DNA of 64,000 bases from Amoebidium appalachense (taxonomy: Eukaryota > Protista > Ichthyosporea): contig CAVNZM010000001.1 of assembly GCA_963693365.1 (NCBI GenBank), forward strand, positions 1,453,873 through 1,517,872, given 5' to 3'. Positions 50,770-63,048 of this stretch are shown here, one piece after another. The notes under the pieces are model-generated. The model was not told the origin of the DNA. It worked only from the letters and a program-made list of their open reading frames with translations, and searched no databases. Positions within the stretch are counted from its first letter, which is position 1, and each line of letters begins with the position of its first letter. The translations under genes were made by a program, and so were the position numbers.

Positions 50770-52796
50770 TGATGGAAGCCGATGGCATAGGCAATGTCGG
50801 GACGTGTGCACCGTGCCACCCAGAGAAGACGGCCGAGTAACTCACGGTAGGGCACGGTGAACGGTTGGGGGGGGGCAGTGTTGTTTTGTGTGGGTAAACG
50901 GAGAAGCAGAGAGCACAGATGGGTGTTATGTTACACACAACACAGAGACACACGGGAGAAACACAACCGGAGAGGTGGAACGATTTCTGGAACCATAGGA
51001 AATGAATACGACTGCTTGATATTTATTCCAAGATGAAGTCCCTTTTATACTTGGGAATGTGAAAACGATAAACCAATCAAAAGAACGAAAACTCTATTTT
51101 CCAATCAGAGCTATGAGTGTAAAATATATCGATCAAAATGTCTGTCGACACATAGAATATAGAATACAATCCTCTAATGAAAGAAACTTCTAATAAAAGC
51201 ACGGAAACATTTAACAAAATGAAACCACTTATGTAACTATTAGTTCACAACATACATTTATACATGTTCTTATCATAACACGTCTAAATATAATTATTCC
51301 TAATAGTTGGGGAACATAGCACAATGCTACGTCGTGAGAAAGGAATGGGAAAGGAATGTAAGTTACTATATTTGGGAAAATACAGGAGATTTGATTGGAT
51401 GACATATATAGATTTGACACAAACGACAATACGTGTGCGCGAGTTAAGTATGTCGATACGTACACAGATCTAAGATATCGGTGTACACGGAAACAGAAAG
51501 GAAAGAAAGAAAGAAAGAAAGGAAAAGGAAACAAACTACAACAAACTAATAAACAAATACAAAACTCAACTTCTAAGTCTTGCTGAGAATCAAGTGAAGA
51601 TGACAGGCAGTCAGCCAGGGAGACGGTGGTGCCTGCAGGGATGGGGGTAGACTTGGACTTGGCATCGGTGAGGTTGAAGTCGTGGATGATATCCATGATG
51701 TAAGACCTCTGGTGCATGTGGAGGTGATGGGGATCAGAGTGATTAAAATCAACACCGAGCATACGGTCAAATGGACTCATACGACAGCTGGCCATCTTGC
51801 TGATGTGGGCAGCCAGGTCACTGGCAGCAGTAGAACCCCGGGTGTTGGTTATGGTGGAGTCGTCGACGTAGTTACCAGCCCGAACCACATCGTTGTTGGG
51901 GAAGAACCGGAGGTAGATGCACGGGTCAGTCTTAGTATGCGGTCAGGCCATGGGCAAGAAGAATGCCGTCGAGGAAGTCGTACCAAGAATGGAGGCTTGC
52001 TTGAGGCCATACAGGGCTTTCTTGAGTCTCCAGACCTTGCCAAGGGTGGCCATGGTGATGAATCCCGGGGGTTGTTTCATGTAGATGGTCTCGGTGAGTG
52101 GGCTGTTGAGAAAGGCCGTAGACACGTCGAGTTGATGGATGTCATGACCTTCAACAACGGCCAGAGCTAGGATAGCACGGAGAGCAGCCGGACGGATGAC
52201 AGGGCTCTCAATCAACTCATAGTCAACACCGTATTGCTGACTGAAGCCTTGAGCAACACCACGGGCCTTGATCTTGGTGTCACCAGCCGAGTTGAGAGTT
52301 TTCTCAGAGACATTCCACTTGAAGCCGACGATGTTAGCACCAGGGGGAGGGTCAACGAGTTCAAAGATGTCTTTGTCGACAAAGGCTTGATACTCAGCAG
52401 TGAGGGCTGACTTGACCTGGTCACCATTGGGTCCGGAACACAGTTGACGGACAAGTTTGGGTAGTTGGTCGATGTTGATGGGGGGACCGGGGGGAACAGC
52501 CAGGGTGGTGGTGGCTTGAAGTCCAACCTTGCCTTGCAGACGGGCAGAACGACGGGGTGCAGGAACCGGGGGGGTGGAGACGGGGGGGGGGGGGGGGGGG
52601 AACTTGGAAGTTCGGAATTGCAGGGGGGGCAACCTCCGGGCTTGACGGGGCCGAGTGGAAGTTGTCGGGGGAGCCGGGTCGGATGGGGGTTACGTTGCCA
52701 GGGGCAGGATGAATGTCGGCAGGCTGGACGGGCACGGGAGCAGGGGGGCCGGTGGGGGGGGGTGTCGGTGGAACGACGACGGCAGGAGGGGGGTTG
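50770..52796 (-). pseudogene. Copia family D RT fragment, truncated at both ends
   Basis: KARGVAQGFSQQYGVDY, QLDVSTAFLN, LKKALYGLKQA, NYVDD. It continues past the solo LTR as VPYRELLGRLLWVARC. Confidence 0.9.
50879..51605 (-). mobile_element. Solo LTR family B variant
   Basis: Reverse complement of the family B LTR, TSD GGCAG on both sides. Confidence 0.92.
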
Positions 52797-53179
52797 CAAG
52801 CTACTTTTGGGTTTTTGGAACGTTTGTTTGAAATTATGCCTTTTTATTTTTGCATTCAATTAAAAATACATGGTCATACACATCTTACAAGTATGATTTG
52901 TTTTTGTCAAGTTTCATACTTTATATTTTTTTACTCATTCAGTAATCATTCTAAACTACGTTTAACCTCTTTTTGGCTTATCTCAAGAAGCTTGCTCAGA
53001 TTACCCTTGACCTTATTAAGGTTTGTGCCGTTCCCTTTTCCAAGAAAAGGCTTGGTCTCGCGAATTTTCCCAAATAAATATTTTCAAATTTTACTGGATC
53101 GACCCATTGCACACAATTTTCAGGTTATTCGTCGCCACAGCGGGCCTCGAGAACGCACGAAGTGATCCATGACTTGAAT

Positions 53180-53702
53180 TTAAAATCTCAACAGAAATCT
53201 TGTTAACCCATTCATTCTCATCCTCATGAATAAAGACCGGCTGCAGCCGATCTCCTCAAGCTGGCTCCCTGGCCTCGGCTTCTGGGCACCACCAGTGAAC
53301 CCAAATGATTCTCTCATGGGGGAGAGCAATTGCGTTCTCCATATGAATAACCTTTGCAAACACAAAACTCCCCAAAGTACTTCTCAACTGTCTCACTGTC
53401 TTTTGTGTCCCAACAATGTACCAACACAAAATCCCCTTCAGAAGGGGTGCTTGGATTAGTAAACTTTACATATCTACGTCGCTCTCTTCTCCCATCTGCA
53501 CCAATGCACGGTATATCTTCGTCAAGCCCGTCTGCAATGTTTGGATCCTTCTTCGGAGTCGAAGTGGCCGATTTGGAGTTCCAATGCACGTTGGGGATCT
53601 CGGACTTGGCCTGGTCCATTGAGTCGATGATAACGCTGATGTACTTGTGCGGCTCCCGGACAGCAGCAGTTCGGTGCTGATAGTAGCTCTCCCTCTCACC
53701 CC
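53180..53702 (-). pseudogene. Internally deleted DNA transposase-like fragment
   Basis: ERESYYQHR..A...P.KYISVIIDSMDQAK..IP resembles the first catalytic-Asp region of eukaryotic 'IIDGMDQ'-type transposases (recalled, not searched). Preceded by a splice acceptor CCTTTGCAG. Confidence 0.5.
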
Positions 53703-53976
53703 TGCAAAGGACAGGCATGTTAGGATGACTTCTAGTGACAACTAGAAAAACAACTGTAAACTTCTGACCCTTCTAGTTGCAACTAGAAATCCGGGGCTCG
53801 GTGCGACTGTAATCTTCTGACCGGATTTCTAGTCTCAACTAGAAATCCGTGACGTCCTATGACGTCACATAATTGTTTCCTGTTACATCATATTTAGCCA
53901 ATTGATTGCATGATACTGCACTAATGCTTGTTGCTTGGCCTTAGATAATTTACTCATCCATCGAGGAGTGGGTACT

Positions 53977-54007
<31 letters not shown>

Positions 54008-54094
54008 GTAAGTGACACAGTGGTAAACCTGATGTGATTGCATTTGTGGTGACTCAGGAGAGGAGGGGAAGACGAAAAGGGAGAGAGAGAGAGA

Positions 54095-54126
<32 letters not shown>

Positions 54127-54169
54127 GCATTAATACTGAGATGTACGTGGAATGTGAAATTAATCATAG

Positions 54170-54302
54170 TCCATACCCGAAGTGTAGAGGGCACTTCAAT
54201 TGCACACAAGGGAGGCATGATGGCAGCAGAAGTACACATCAGCTACTACTCCGTTGCAGTCTGTGTCTGAAAGGAGGTACTTGTAAGTGAACTGCCCATT
54301 GA

Positions 54303-54386
<84 letters not shown>

Positions 54387-54671
54387 GAGGAGGAGGGGGG
54401 AGGGGCGGGGGGGGATAGCGGCTCAGTAATATAGTAAAATAGGGCCAGAATGCAACCCTACCGAGTTACAAGGGATGCAAGATGGGGAGCCGATGGAAAA
54501 ACGAAGTGGGCACGGCAGGAAATACCGACACCAGATGTGGAAAGGGAGGAAAGTAGGAGAGGAAAGTGAAGAAAACGAAATGGGGAAAGTGGGGATGGGA
54601 GGCAGGAGGGAAGGCTTCAGAAGAGAGAAGGTGTTGTAAATCAAGGAAGGACGGAGGAATGGTTTGTTTGT

Positions 54672-54722
<51 letters not shown>

Positions 54723-55114
54723 TGCATTAGAAGCTTTGACCCAAAAAAATACTCGAAGTTTAATCCCCACCTTGTAGTCAATAAAGACTCCCATAAGGGG
54801 GAGGGGAAAGGCAACCGGGTTGGCCATTCAGCTTCTGCAGAGAGAGTACGGGGTCAGAAATGACATACATAGCTAGTTACGGTGGTGCAGAAATGAATTA
54901 TCGAACCAGTGGGTCTGAAGATAGAGGGTGTGTATGTATGTGCGTTGGGGGGGGGGGGGGGGGGGGGGGGTATATGGGGATGGGTCGGTGGGTGTGCGCA
55001 TGCGTGTGTGAGTGTGTGTGTGCGTGCGTGTGCACGAGCGTGCGTGCGCATGTGACTGTGTGCGCGCATGTGCATGTGCATGTGCACGGTGTGTGTGTTG
55101 GGGGGGGGGGGGGG

Positions 55115-55185
<71 letters not shown>

Positions 55186-55744
55186 CGTGCGTGCCATGAG
55201 TGTATGAGTGTGTGGGTGTGTTGTGTGACAGAGAGAAAGAGAAATCATGGATGGAAGGAGGCAAGGGAGGAGCACGAGGGGAGGGGGGGGGGGGGGGGGG
55301 ACGGGAGAATGAACAGGCTGAGAAAGCAGGAGATGTGATACGGATTTGAGAACTCCTACCGTCATCTTACCATACCCCCAAACCGGATGACGAGGAGATG
55401 GTTAAGCTGGCTGCCAGCATGTCGGAGAGACCCATGGCTGCAAGACCGAAAGAAATGTGTGAGAGTGTGCTGGATCGGTGGTGGGGAACGCGGGAAGAAT
55501 AAAAACATGCAAGGGAAAGGGGGGGGGGGGGGGGTTTGAGACAAGAGCAGATGGCAGGGTTAAACGCAAAACAAAGAAACGGGCAAAGGAAGGTGTGTAT
55601 GTGGTGTTTATGGCCTGTGAATATGTGTTTGCATATGTGCAAACCGGGAGGAAGTTTGAGACAAGCAAGGGACAAAGGTAGCAGTGACAATCGGAATGGC
55701 GGTGGGTGGGTGGGTGGGTGGGTGGGTGGGTTGGGGGGGTTGGG

Positions 55745-55784
<40 letters not shown>

Positions 55785-56690
55785 AAGGGATGACCAGGGA
55801 ACTGAGAGGCAAGACAGGAACAGACATTGGGGGAGGGAGGTAGGAGAGGGAGACGGGAAGGTGTGGAAATGGAAAGCAAGAGAACAAGATCTCTCGTGAG
55901 AGAAAAGAAATGTCAAGGCCATTGCCTTTACCCACCTGGATGGTGATCTGGCAAGCCACAGGGGCAAAGGCAGGAGGAGGTAAGCAACCATCTTGCCAAG
56001 TTCGCTTCTGCAGAGAGAGTACGGGGTCAGAAGTAACACATATAGCTCGTTACGGTGGTGCAGAGTGTATGATCGAACGAATAGGTTGGCACGCAGGCGC
56101 CGGGGGAGGGGAGGGGGGTGGGGAGATGGACAGAGGGAGCCTCTTAGAGTTGCAGGGCACAGAAAGAGGGGTGGTTCTGGGTGTGGGAGACGGATAGGAG
56201 AAAGATGGGAGACAGGTTTTCTTCTTTTTCTTTGGTGTTTTTCTTTTATTCTTTTTGTGTGTGGGTGGGGGGGGCAGGGGGAGGGGGAGGGGCGGGGGGG
56301 GAAGGGGGGGGGGGGGGGGGGGGGAGATGGGGAATATTGGGTGAAGTACGAATGGATAAACATTCGATGCGAAAGAAAGGGGGGGAGGGAAATAGATTTG
56401 AGAGGTTGAGAGGCGTATAGGCAGGTATATAGATTTATCGGATCGGAAGGAGCAGGGCAGACAAAGAAAGAAGGCCGGGGGGGGGGAATGATGGGGAAGA
56501 GAGGGATGAGGGTCAGAATGGCCGTGTGCAGAACAGGGTGGGAGACATGCATCCTTGACAACGGGAACGAAAACAGGGAGAGTAGGCTGTCCAGAAATCA
56601 GGGCAAGGAGGAACTAAAGAAGCTGAGGGATTTAGTGCATCGACACTAAGACATGTGCAAGAAAGCAACAAAAGCATACAGACCATGCGC
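54170..56690 (-). CDS. Possible multi-exon secreted protein gene or pseudogene
   Basis: Signal-like MVCMLLLLSCTCLSVDA. Short exon-like pieces are bounded by CTGAC...CTGCAG acceptors and GTGGG donors. Confidence 0.3.
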
Positions 56691-57418
56691 TTGTTGTGCA
56701 AACCATGCAGCACACCTAACACCAGACTATGCTGTCAGTAACACTGTGAGTCGTCTGTCACAAGGAGGTCGACTAACATCAGCGTCCCTACCCAAGTTGG
56801 GCAACGAGTGGTGGGGTAGCCTTGTCAACCCAAGAAGTTGACTAACTTGAACGCTTGTCCATCTGCGAACAGTTCCCAGTGAACAGGCTGTGAACTCGCA
56901 GTGAATGCCGTACCTGCCAGACGCGTCAGCGGTATATGTATACGTAGGATAACCGAACAAAAGCACCCTAGATCACTTTGGGGCTTCAAAAATAAACTTC
57001 TGCTCCAACGTTTGTTTCTAGAAAACATTTCTAAAGCAGGAAAAAGTTATCTGTACATGCATTTTTAATACACATTTCAAATATATAAATAATTTTGTAT
57101 ATTTAATATATGATAAAGAAAATGACACCTGTAATAATTTCGTGCTTATACTGCTTATCCCAGATTTAGTTTATTGTTCTTCGCCAAAGTTTTGTTTCCC
57201 CCGAGTCATCATTATGGTATGTGATGCGCGGCAGAATTCAAAAGGGGGGGTAGGTGAGCTGTGATGAGAAATTGTCGGCACCAAGGCCAACAGTACCGAC
57301 AAGATATACATGTAATGAAATAGGCGTTACACTTACATCATACAAAAATTTTTAAGTGGAGATATAACGAATCAAAATTTAATAGACACCATATGTGGCG
57401 ATATCATTTTTTATTTTA

Positions 57419-57419
<1 letters not shown>

Positions 57420-57470
<51 letters not shown>
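57420..57470. repeat. (TTA)n microsatellite
   Basis: Direct reading. Confidence 0.95.
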
Positions 57471-57472
<2 letters not shown>

Positions 57473-57751
57473 TGTACGTTTCATATGCGCAGCAGATGAA
57501 AGATGTTTCACGGATCACTTCGGGCGCAGGCAGCCGGGCGGCCCATGACGTCACGGGCCGCGGCGCCAGGCGCAGCCGCAGCGGCGGCTGACATCGGTCT
57601 GGCGCAGCGCCTGACGTCAGGCGCCACCAGCGCCGGTATTTCCGGCGCAGCACACTGCAGATGCAGGCCACCTTCGTTTTCGCCGTGTGCTGCACGTACG
57701 GTTTTTGTTAGCACGATTGCGTTTTCGGTGGCTAGCACACGGCGGCTCAAG

Positions 57752-57825
57752 TATGGAAGTAGACCCAACAGACAATGGCCCTGCAGCACAGGCAGGGCAG
57801 GAGGCGCGCCCTCCTGTGCAGGACG

Positions 57826-57873
<48 letters not shown>

Positions 57874-58262
57874 TTGCCCTGACCCCTGAGCTGGCAGCGA
57901 CCATTCGCATGTTTGCTTCTGAGGTGGCCAACGCGACCCGTCAGGCCCTGCAGGCCAGCCCGGCCCCCCCTTCCCAGCAAGATCTTCTCCTGCGCGCCTT
58001 CCCCCACCTCGTCAACCTTGGCGGGGGCGGAACCGGTAGGAACCCCCCTGTCACGGGGCCCCCTGCCGCTGCGACGGGGGCCGTGGATGCTGTAGAGCAA
58101 CCCCCCGGCAACGCCAACAAGCGCCCCCGTGAGGAGGACCCTCAGGGCGGCGACATGCACCAGCTGCCTCCGCCGCCCAATGCCCTGTTGGAAGATGGTA
58201 TCGTTATCCAGTCCGATCGCATGAATCAGATCATGATCGGCTGGTGGCCTGCGAGATCTTAA
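57752..58262 (+). pseudogene. 5' fragment of a polyQ/Pro-rich ORF downstream of a CpG-rich leader
   Basis: MEVDPTDNG...Q14...KRPREED. The frame stops just before the tRNA-like gene. Confidence 0.45.
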
Positions 58263-58264
58263 CC

Positions 58265-58337
58265 GATCTCGTAGCTCAGTTGGTAGAGCACTCGACCGGA
58301 GATAGAGGGGTCGCGGGTTCAAATCCCGTCGGGATCA
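58265..58337 (+). tRNA. tRNA-like gene, 73 nt, anticodon GGA in a short-variable-loop body (aberrant or pseudo)
   Basis: Acceptor GATCTCG/CGGGATC-A, D arm GCTC-AGTTGGTA-GAGC, T arm GCGGG-TTCAAAT-CCCGT. A and B boxes intact, TTTTT terminator at 58340-58344. Confidence 0.8.
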
Positions 58338-58375
58338 TCTTTTTCTCATCCTCTTCTCGCTGGGGTAAAAGCCAG

Positions 58376-59175
58376 GGGGTTTACACACTTTTTATTGCGT
58401 GGACATTGCCGGAGGCCCAGCCACATTCGACGGCCTACTGCGTTTTCCAGCACAGCCAATCAAATGCAGCCAGTGACATATGTACATGCTAGGCAACAAT
58501 GAGCGCCATCGTAGGATCTGACACCCCTATTACATATTATGGGTAAGCAGATGCTAGCATCGGTAGCTCCGACAGAAAGTTAAGGCACCGGATCACAATA
58601 TCATACTGTGCAGCATTAATAAGGTGATCTAGGATAGTCATCTTAAAACGGATATATTGAGGAAGAGATGAAGAAAAGAGAATAAAACCGCCAATAACCT
58701 CCGGTTCTAATACATTAGCTAACAGGTTGCATTTATTGATAGATATGCAGCCGCGAGTAAACCGCCCCCCACACATATTACACATACGAGCAGGAGACAC
58801 CAGAAACCGATTACACCGCCAAGCCATAATCATCTTTGCGTTTTTACACCACACCACATTACGAATAAACGAATCTATGTATGAACGAGACTCTCTAACC
58901 GTATCCGCCATATAGGCTACTAGTAGTTGGTGTTTGTGCGGTCCTAACACCGGAAGGGACTCAACACGTAGAGTAAAAAGATATCTATCAGCCATAGACT
59001 TGAAACTATTCATATTCACACTATGATCTAGCCGTACCTCCGGGGGGGTCGCCAGCCATTCCACATAGCGCTCGGCAATGGGCAGAGACGATGGGGAAGG
59101 GAAGAGGTACAGGGGCGAATCCGGCGGGGATGCGTGTAAAAGCCAGCACGCCTTTACTGGCGTCATCACAACCAT
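58376..59175 (-). mobile_element. Non-LTR-type retroelement family 2, 3' fragment
   Basis: ORF 58537-59175 carries the same C-terminal signature as family 1 (WRCN..CNMC..FTRGC..ILDHLIN...YD...RC..FL). The 3' UTR ends AATAAAAAGTGTGTAAACCCC. Confidence 0.75.
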
Positions 59176-59327
59176 CGGCAGTGGTTAGGTTGTGATCTCA
59201 AGGCTAGCAAGATCGCTAGTCTCTGCACCAGGACAAAATCCAAAATGCCCTGCAACTGGCCGTTTGGGGGGCCAACCAGCGCAGCCAGTCGAACCCACCC
59301 TGCCCCCACCTGTCCCCGGAGGTCCGG

Positions 59328-59438
59328 TTGGGATATTCGGGTTGGTTGTAAGGTTTTCCGGGTCATTGGGCCGCCAGGCCCTAGGCCGCCAGGCCTGGGG
59401 CCCCGGGGACCGGGGCGCCCGACCCGGCCCGCGAGCCA

Positions 59439-59469
<31 letters not shown>

Positions 59470-59858
59470 CCCGGCGCCGGGGTTAGCGGCCGAAGGCCCT
59501 AACGGGCCGCAGGCCCGCCTATTGGGCCGCTAGGCCCTAGGCCGCCAGGCCTGGGGCCCCGGGGACCGGGCCCTAGGCCGCCAGGCCTGGGGCCCCGCCA
59601 GGCCTGGCGCCCCGGTCCCCGGGGCCCCAGGCCTGGCGGCCTAGGGCCTGGCGGCCCAATAGGCGGGCCTGCGTGGGGCCCCGGGGACCGGGGCCCCAGG
59701 CCTGGCGCCCCGGTCCCCGGGGCCCCAGGCCTGGCGCCCCGGTCCCCGGGGCCCCAGGCCTGGCGGCCTAGGGCCTGGCGGCCCAATAGGCGGGCCTGCG
59801 GCCCGTTAGGGCCTTCGGCCCGACCCGGAAAACCTTACAACCAACCCGAATATCCCAA
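59328..59858. mobile_element. Foldback/MITE-like element
   Basis: Perfect 37-bp inverted repeats TTGGGATATTCGGGTTGGTTGTAAGGTTTTCCGGGTC at 59328-59364 and 59822-59858. The GC-rich interior is built of inverted modules. Confidence 0.75.
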
Positions 59859-60500
59859 TATTGCTTCATTCTGATTGGTTGTCACACCGCGGGATTTCCC
59901 GATTGTTCTTCCAATGACATTTTCTATCACTATCGACAGTTCTCCAATATTAGAACAGAAAACCGTTTATACCCAGATGGCCAGATGGCCAGATCAAATT
60001 CAGTCTGTGAGCAGGGGGGGGGGATCCACCTGAAGTCAAAACAATCTGGCCATCTGGCCATGTGGCCATAGAATAGATTAGCATGTAAGGCACTGGCTGC
60101 CACCACTGGGGGCCGTGGTTCCGGCAGGAGGGGGGGCACACGTGCAGGGGAGGCAGGGGGTCGGGGGAGGCACACGTGCACAGGAGGCTGGGGAGAGTGG
60201 GGGAACCATGGTTGTGTGATACTATCTATTCCCCATGTATGGCTGAGTTAAGACCATTTGTTCATGTAGCACGATCTTCTAGCATGCACGTGTTGGAATG
60301 CCACCACTGGGGGGCCTGGTTCCGGCAGGCAGGGGGGCAGGGGGGCCACCCAGTGTGTGGGTGTGCATGTGGCAGGGGAGCAGGGGGGCAGGGGAGCAGG
60401 GGAGCAGGGGGGCTGGGGGGCAGGGGGGGAGGGGAGACTGGCATGCCACTCACGGGGAGGATAGTGTATGTTGGCACGTGTGGGTGTGTGGGTGGTTTTT

Positions 60501-60982
60501 TTATTTGGGCTTGTGCTTATGGCAATGGGTCGTAGATTTCACCCTGTTTTTGCAGGGATTGCCAGCCTTGGTTTTGCCCTGGCAGTACCCATTTTCCCTG
60601 CCCACACCCACCGCTGCAGCTGCAACCGGTGGCTGTGGTGCACCCATGGGTGGATCCGGAGTGGACACAGTCAGCGCGGGTACCCCGGTGCGCTCGGTGC
60701 GAGGGCGCTGCATTTCTGCGACTGTAAAGGCGGCCAGGAGGTCGTCCAGCAGGAGGTTTGCATGATCATAGTCCCGGCCTTGTGGGGGTGGAGGATGTTG
60801 ATGGTGTTGTCGCTGTAGAGGAGGACACCGGTGGCAGGGGCAAAGCATACCCAGGGCTTGAAGCCGTCCTTGTGGTGTGGGCATGTTTTCTTTTTGTTTT
60901 TGCACTGGGCTTTTTTTGAGGGTGCAAATGCAGGGCATCGTTCGGGGTCAACCGAATCGGGGCGCAAAAGTGCGTCTCCCAT
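60501..60982 (-). CDS. Small protein with two C-x8-C-xn-C-x2-H zinc-finger-like motifs, split over two frames
   Basis: CPAFAPSKKAQCKNKKKTCPHH and CQGKTKAGNPCKNRVKSTTHCHKH. Confidence 0.55.
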
Positions 60983-61168
60983 TTCTAGTGTTTTGTTTTG
61001 GTGTGCACTGTTCTTGGATTGGGGTGAAGCGAGACAAAAAGTAAAAGCGAGTACTTTTTGTTGACTGGTTGATGGCATATCAATCAATCTCTTGGTGCCA
61101 AACCACTGACCAATCACATGGGTGTATTCACGAATTCCAATCTAAATTCGGCATCTGGAGAGAGGGGT

Positions 61169-61363
61169 GGGGTTTACGCTGTTTACTCGAGGCAAAGAGA
61201 ACCAGTCTCAGGTATGGGGGGGGGGGTTTTGCTCGGAATATCCCCTCAGCGGTATATCATGATCACGTACATAGATGTCGGGTGGTGACTATATATCAGG
61301 GTTTACTTTCTCTACGAGACACCATAAAGACTACAAGGAGAAATCAATTAGTTGGGGTTCCCC

Positions 61364-61403
<40 letters not shown>

Positions 61404-61435
61404 GGGCTCCCCTCGGGACACTCGGTATCAGCTGG

Positions 61436-61508
<73 letters not shown>

Positions 61509-61519
61509 TGCGCTATAAT
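61169..61519 (-). mobile_element. Non-LTR-type retroelement family 1, copy 3 (stop codon and 3' UTR only)
   Basis: Near-identical to about 2356-2722, with the same terminus. Confidence 0.92.
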
Positions 61520-61906
61520 CACAAGAGCAACACGGCATCAAGAGTTTGTACCACAGGCAAGATCTCAGAGAGGTCACTTTTGGGGTGTAACACGTCGGAT
61601 ACTGAAAGTTTTGTGAGGTACACGTACATGTTCGACAGCACGGTCACCACAGGCATTCTTTATGTGATATCTATATGCAGTGTCGTTGCAAATATACACT
61701 GGTACAATTTAATGAAGTCCGAACCGAATGCTAGAGAGAAAGTGAACAAAATGTATCTGGTGTACGTCAGCGCTGCTACTAGTATTGTCCTCACATGTTT
61801 ATTGGTTACACCATTGATGTATGCAGTCATATACTATTTCAATAAGAAGACGGGTGCTGCGGAGTACGACACCGCTCTGAGACAAACAAGTCACTCGGAC
61901 TTTTAA
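61520..61906 (+). pseudogene. 3' part of a membrane protein ORF, cut at the retroelement junction
   Basis: Two hydrophobic helices (GILYVISICSVVANIHWY; YLVYVSAATSIVLTCLLVTPLMYAVIYYF). Confidence 0.45.
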
Positions 61907-61930
61907 TCCGATTGACGTGTCACCGCGCCA

Positions 61931-62323
61931 GCGCTGCATACAAAAAGACCCGAAGTGGAGTATACGACAAACCCAGCGCCAGCGCTTCATACCCAAAGTG
62001 GATACAATAAAAAGACAGTTGCTGTGTGTGCAAAGCTGTGTGTGCAAAAAGAGGGGAAATAAGCGCTGCATACAAAAGCCCCGAAGTGGAGTATACGACA
62101 AACCCAGCGCCAGCGCTTCATACCCAAAGTGGATACAATAAAAAGACAGTTGCTGTGTGTGCAAAGCTGTGTGTGCAAAAAGAGGGGAAATAAGCGCTGC
62201 ATACAAAAGCCCCGAAGTGGAGTATACGACAAACCCAGCGCCAGCGCTTCATACCCAAAGTGGATACAATAAAAAGACAGTTGCTGTGTGTGCAAAGCTG
62301 TGTGTGCAAAAAGAGGGGAAATA
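61931..62323. repeat. Tandem array, 131-bp unit x 3
   Basis: AGCGCTGCATACAAAAG at 61931, 62062 and 62193. Confidence 0.92.
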
Positions 62324-62329
62324 AATACT

Positions 62330-62588
62330 TTAAACGTGCATGCAATATACATCGATAGACTTATGAAAGCACACAAACTGTGTGCCACACGGGCATGCAT
62401 GCATGGGGAGGGAGTGTGGGGTGGGGGGGGAGGGGGGGGGTGGGGGGGGAGACTTTGAACGTGCATGCAATAGACTTATGAAAGCACACAAACTGTGTGC
62501 CACACGGGCATGCATGCATCGATAGACTTATGAAAGCACACAAACTGTGTGCCACACGGGCATGCATGCACGGGGAGGGAGTGTGGGG

Positions 62589-62623
<35 letters not shown>

Positions 62624-62765
62624 GACTTTGAACGTGCATGCATCGATAGACTTATGAAAGCACACAAACTGTGTGCCACACGGGCATGCATGCATCGATA
62701 GACTTATGAAAGCACACAAACTGTGTGCCACACGGGCATGCATGCATGGGGAGGGAGTGTGGGGT

Positions 62766-62818
<53 letters not shown>

Positions 62819-63012
62819 GACTTTGAACGTGCATGCAATAGACTTATGAAAGCACACAAACTGTGTGCCACACGGGCATGCATGCATGGGGAGGGAGTGT
62901 GGGGAGGGGGGAGGGGGGGGGGGGGGGAGACTTTGAACGTGCATGCAATAGACTTATGAAAGCACACAAACTGTGTGCCACACGGGCATGCATGCACGGG
63001 GAGGGAGTGTGG

Positions 63013-63048
<36 letters not shown>

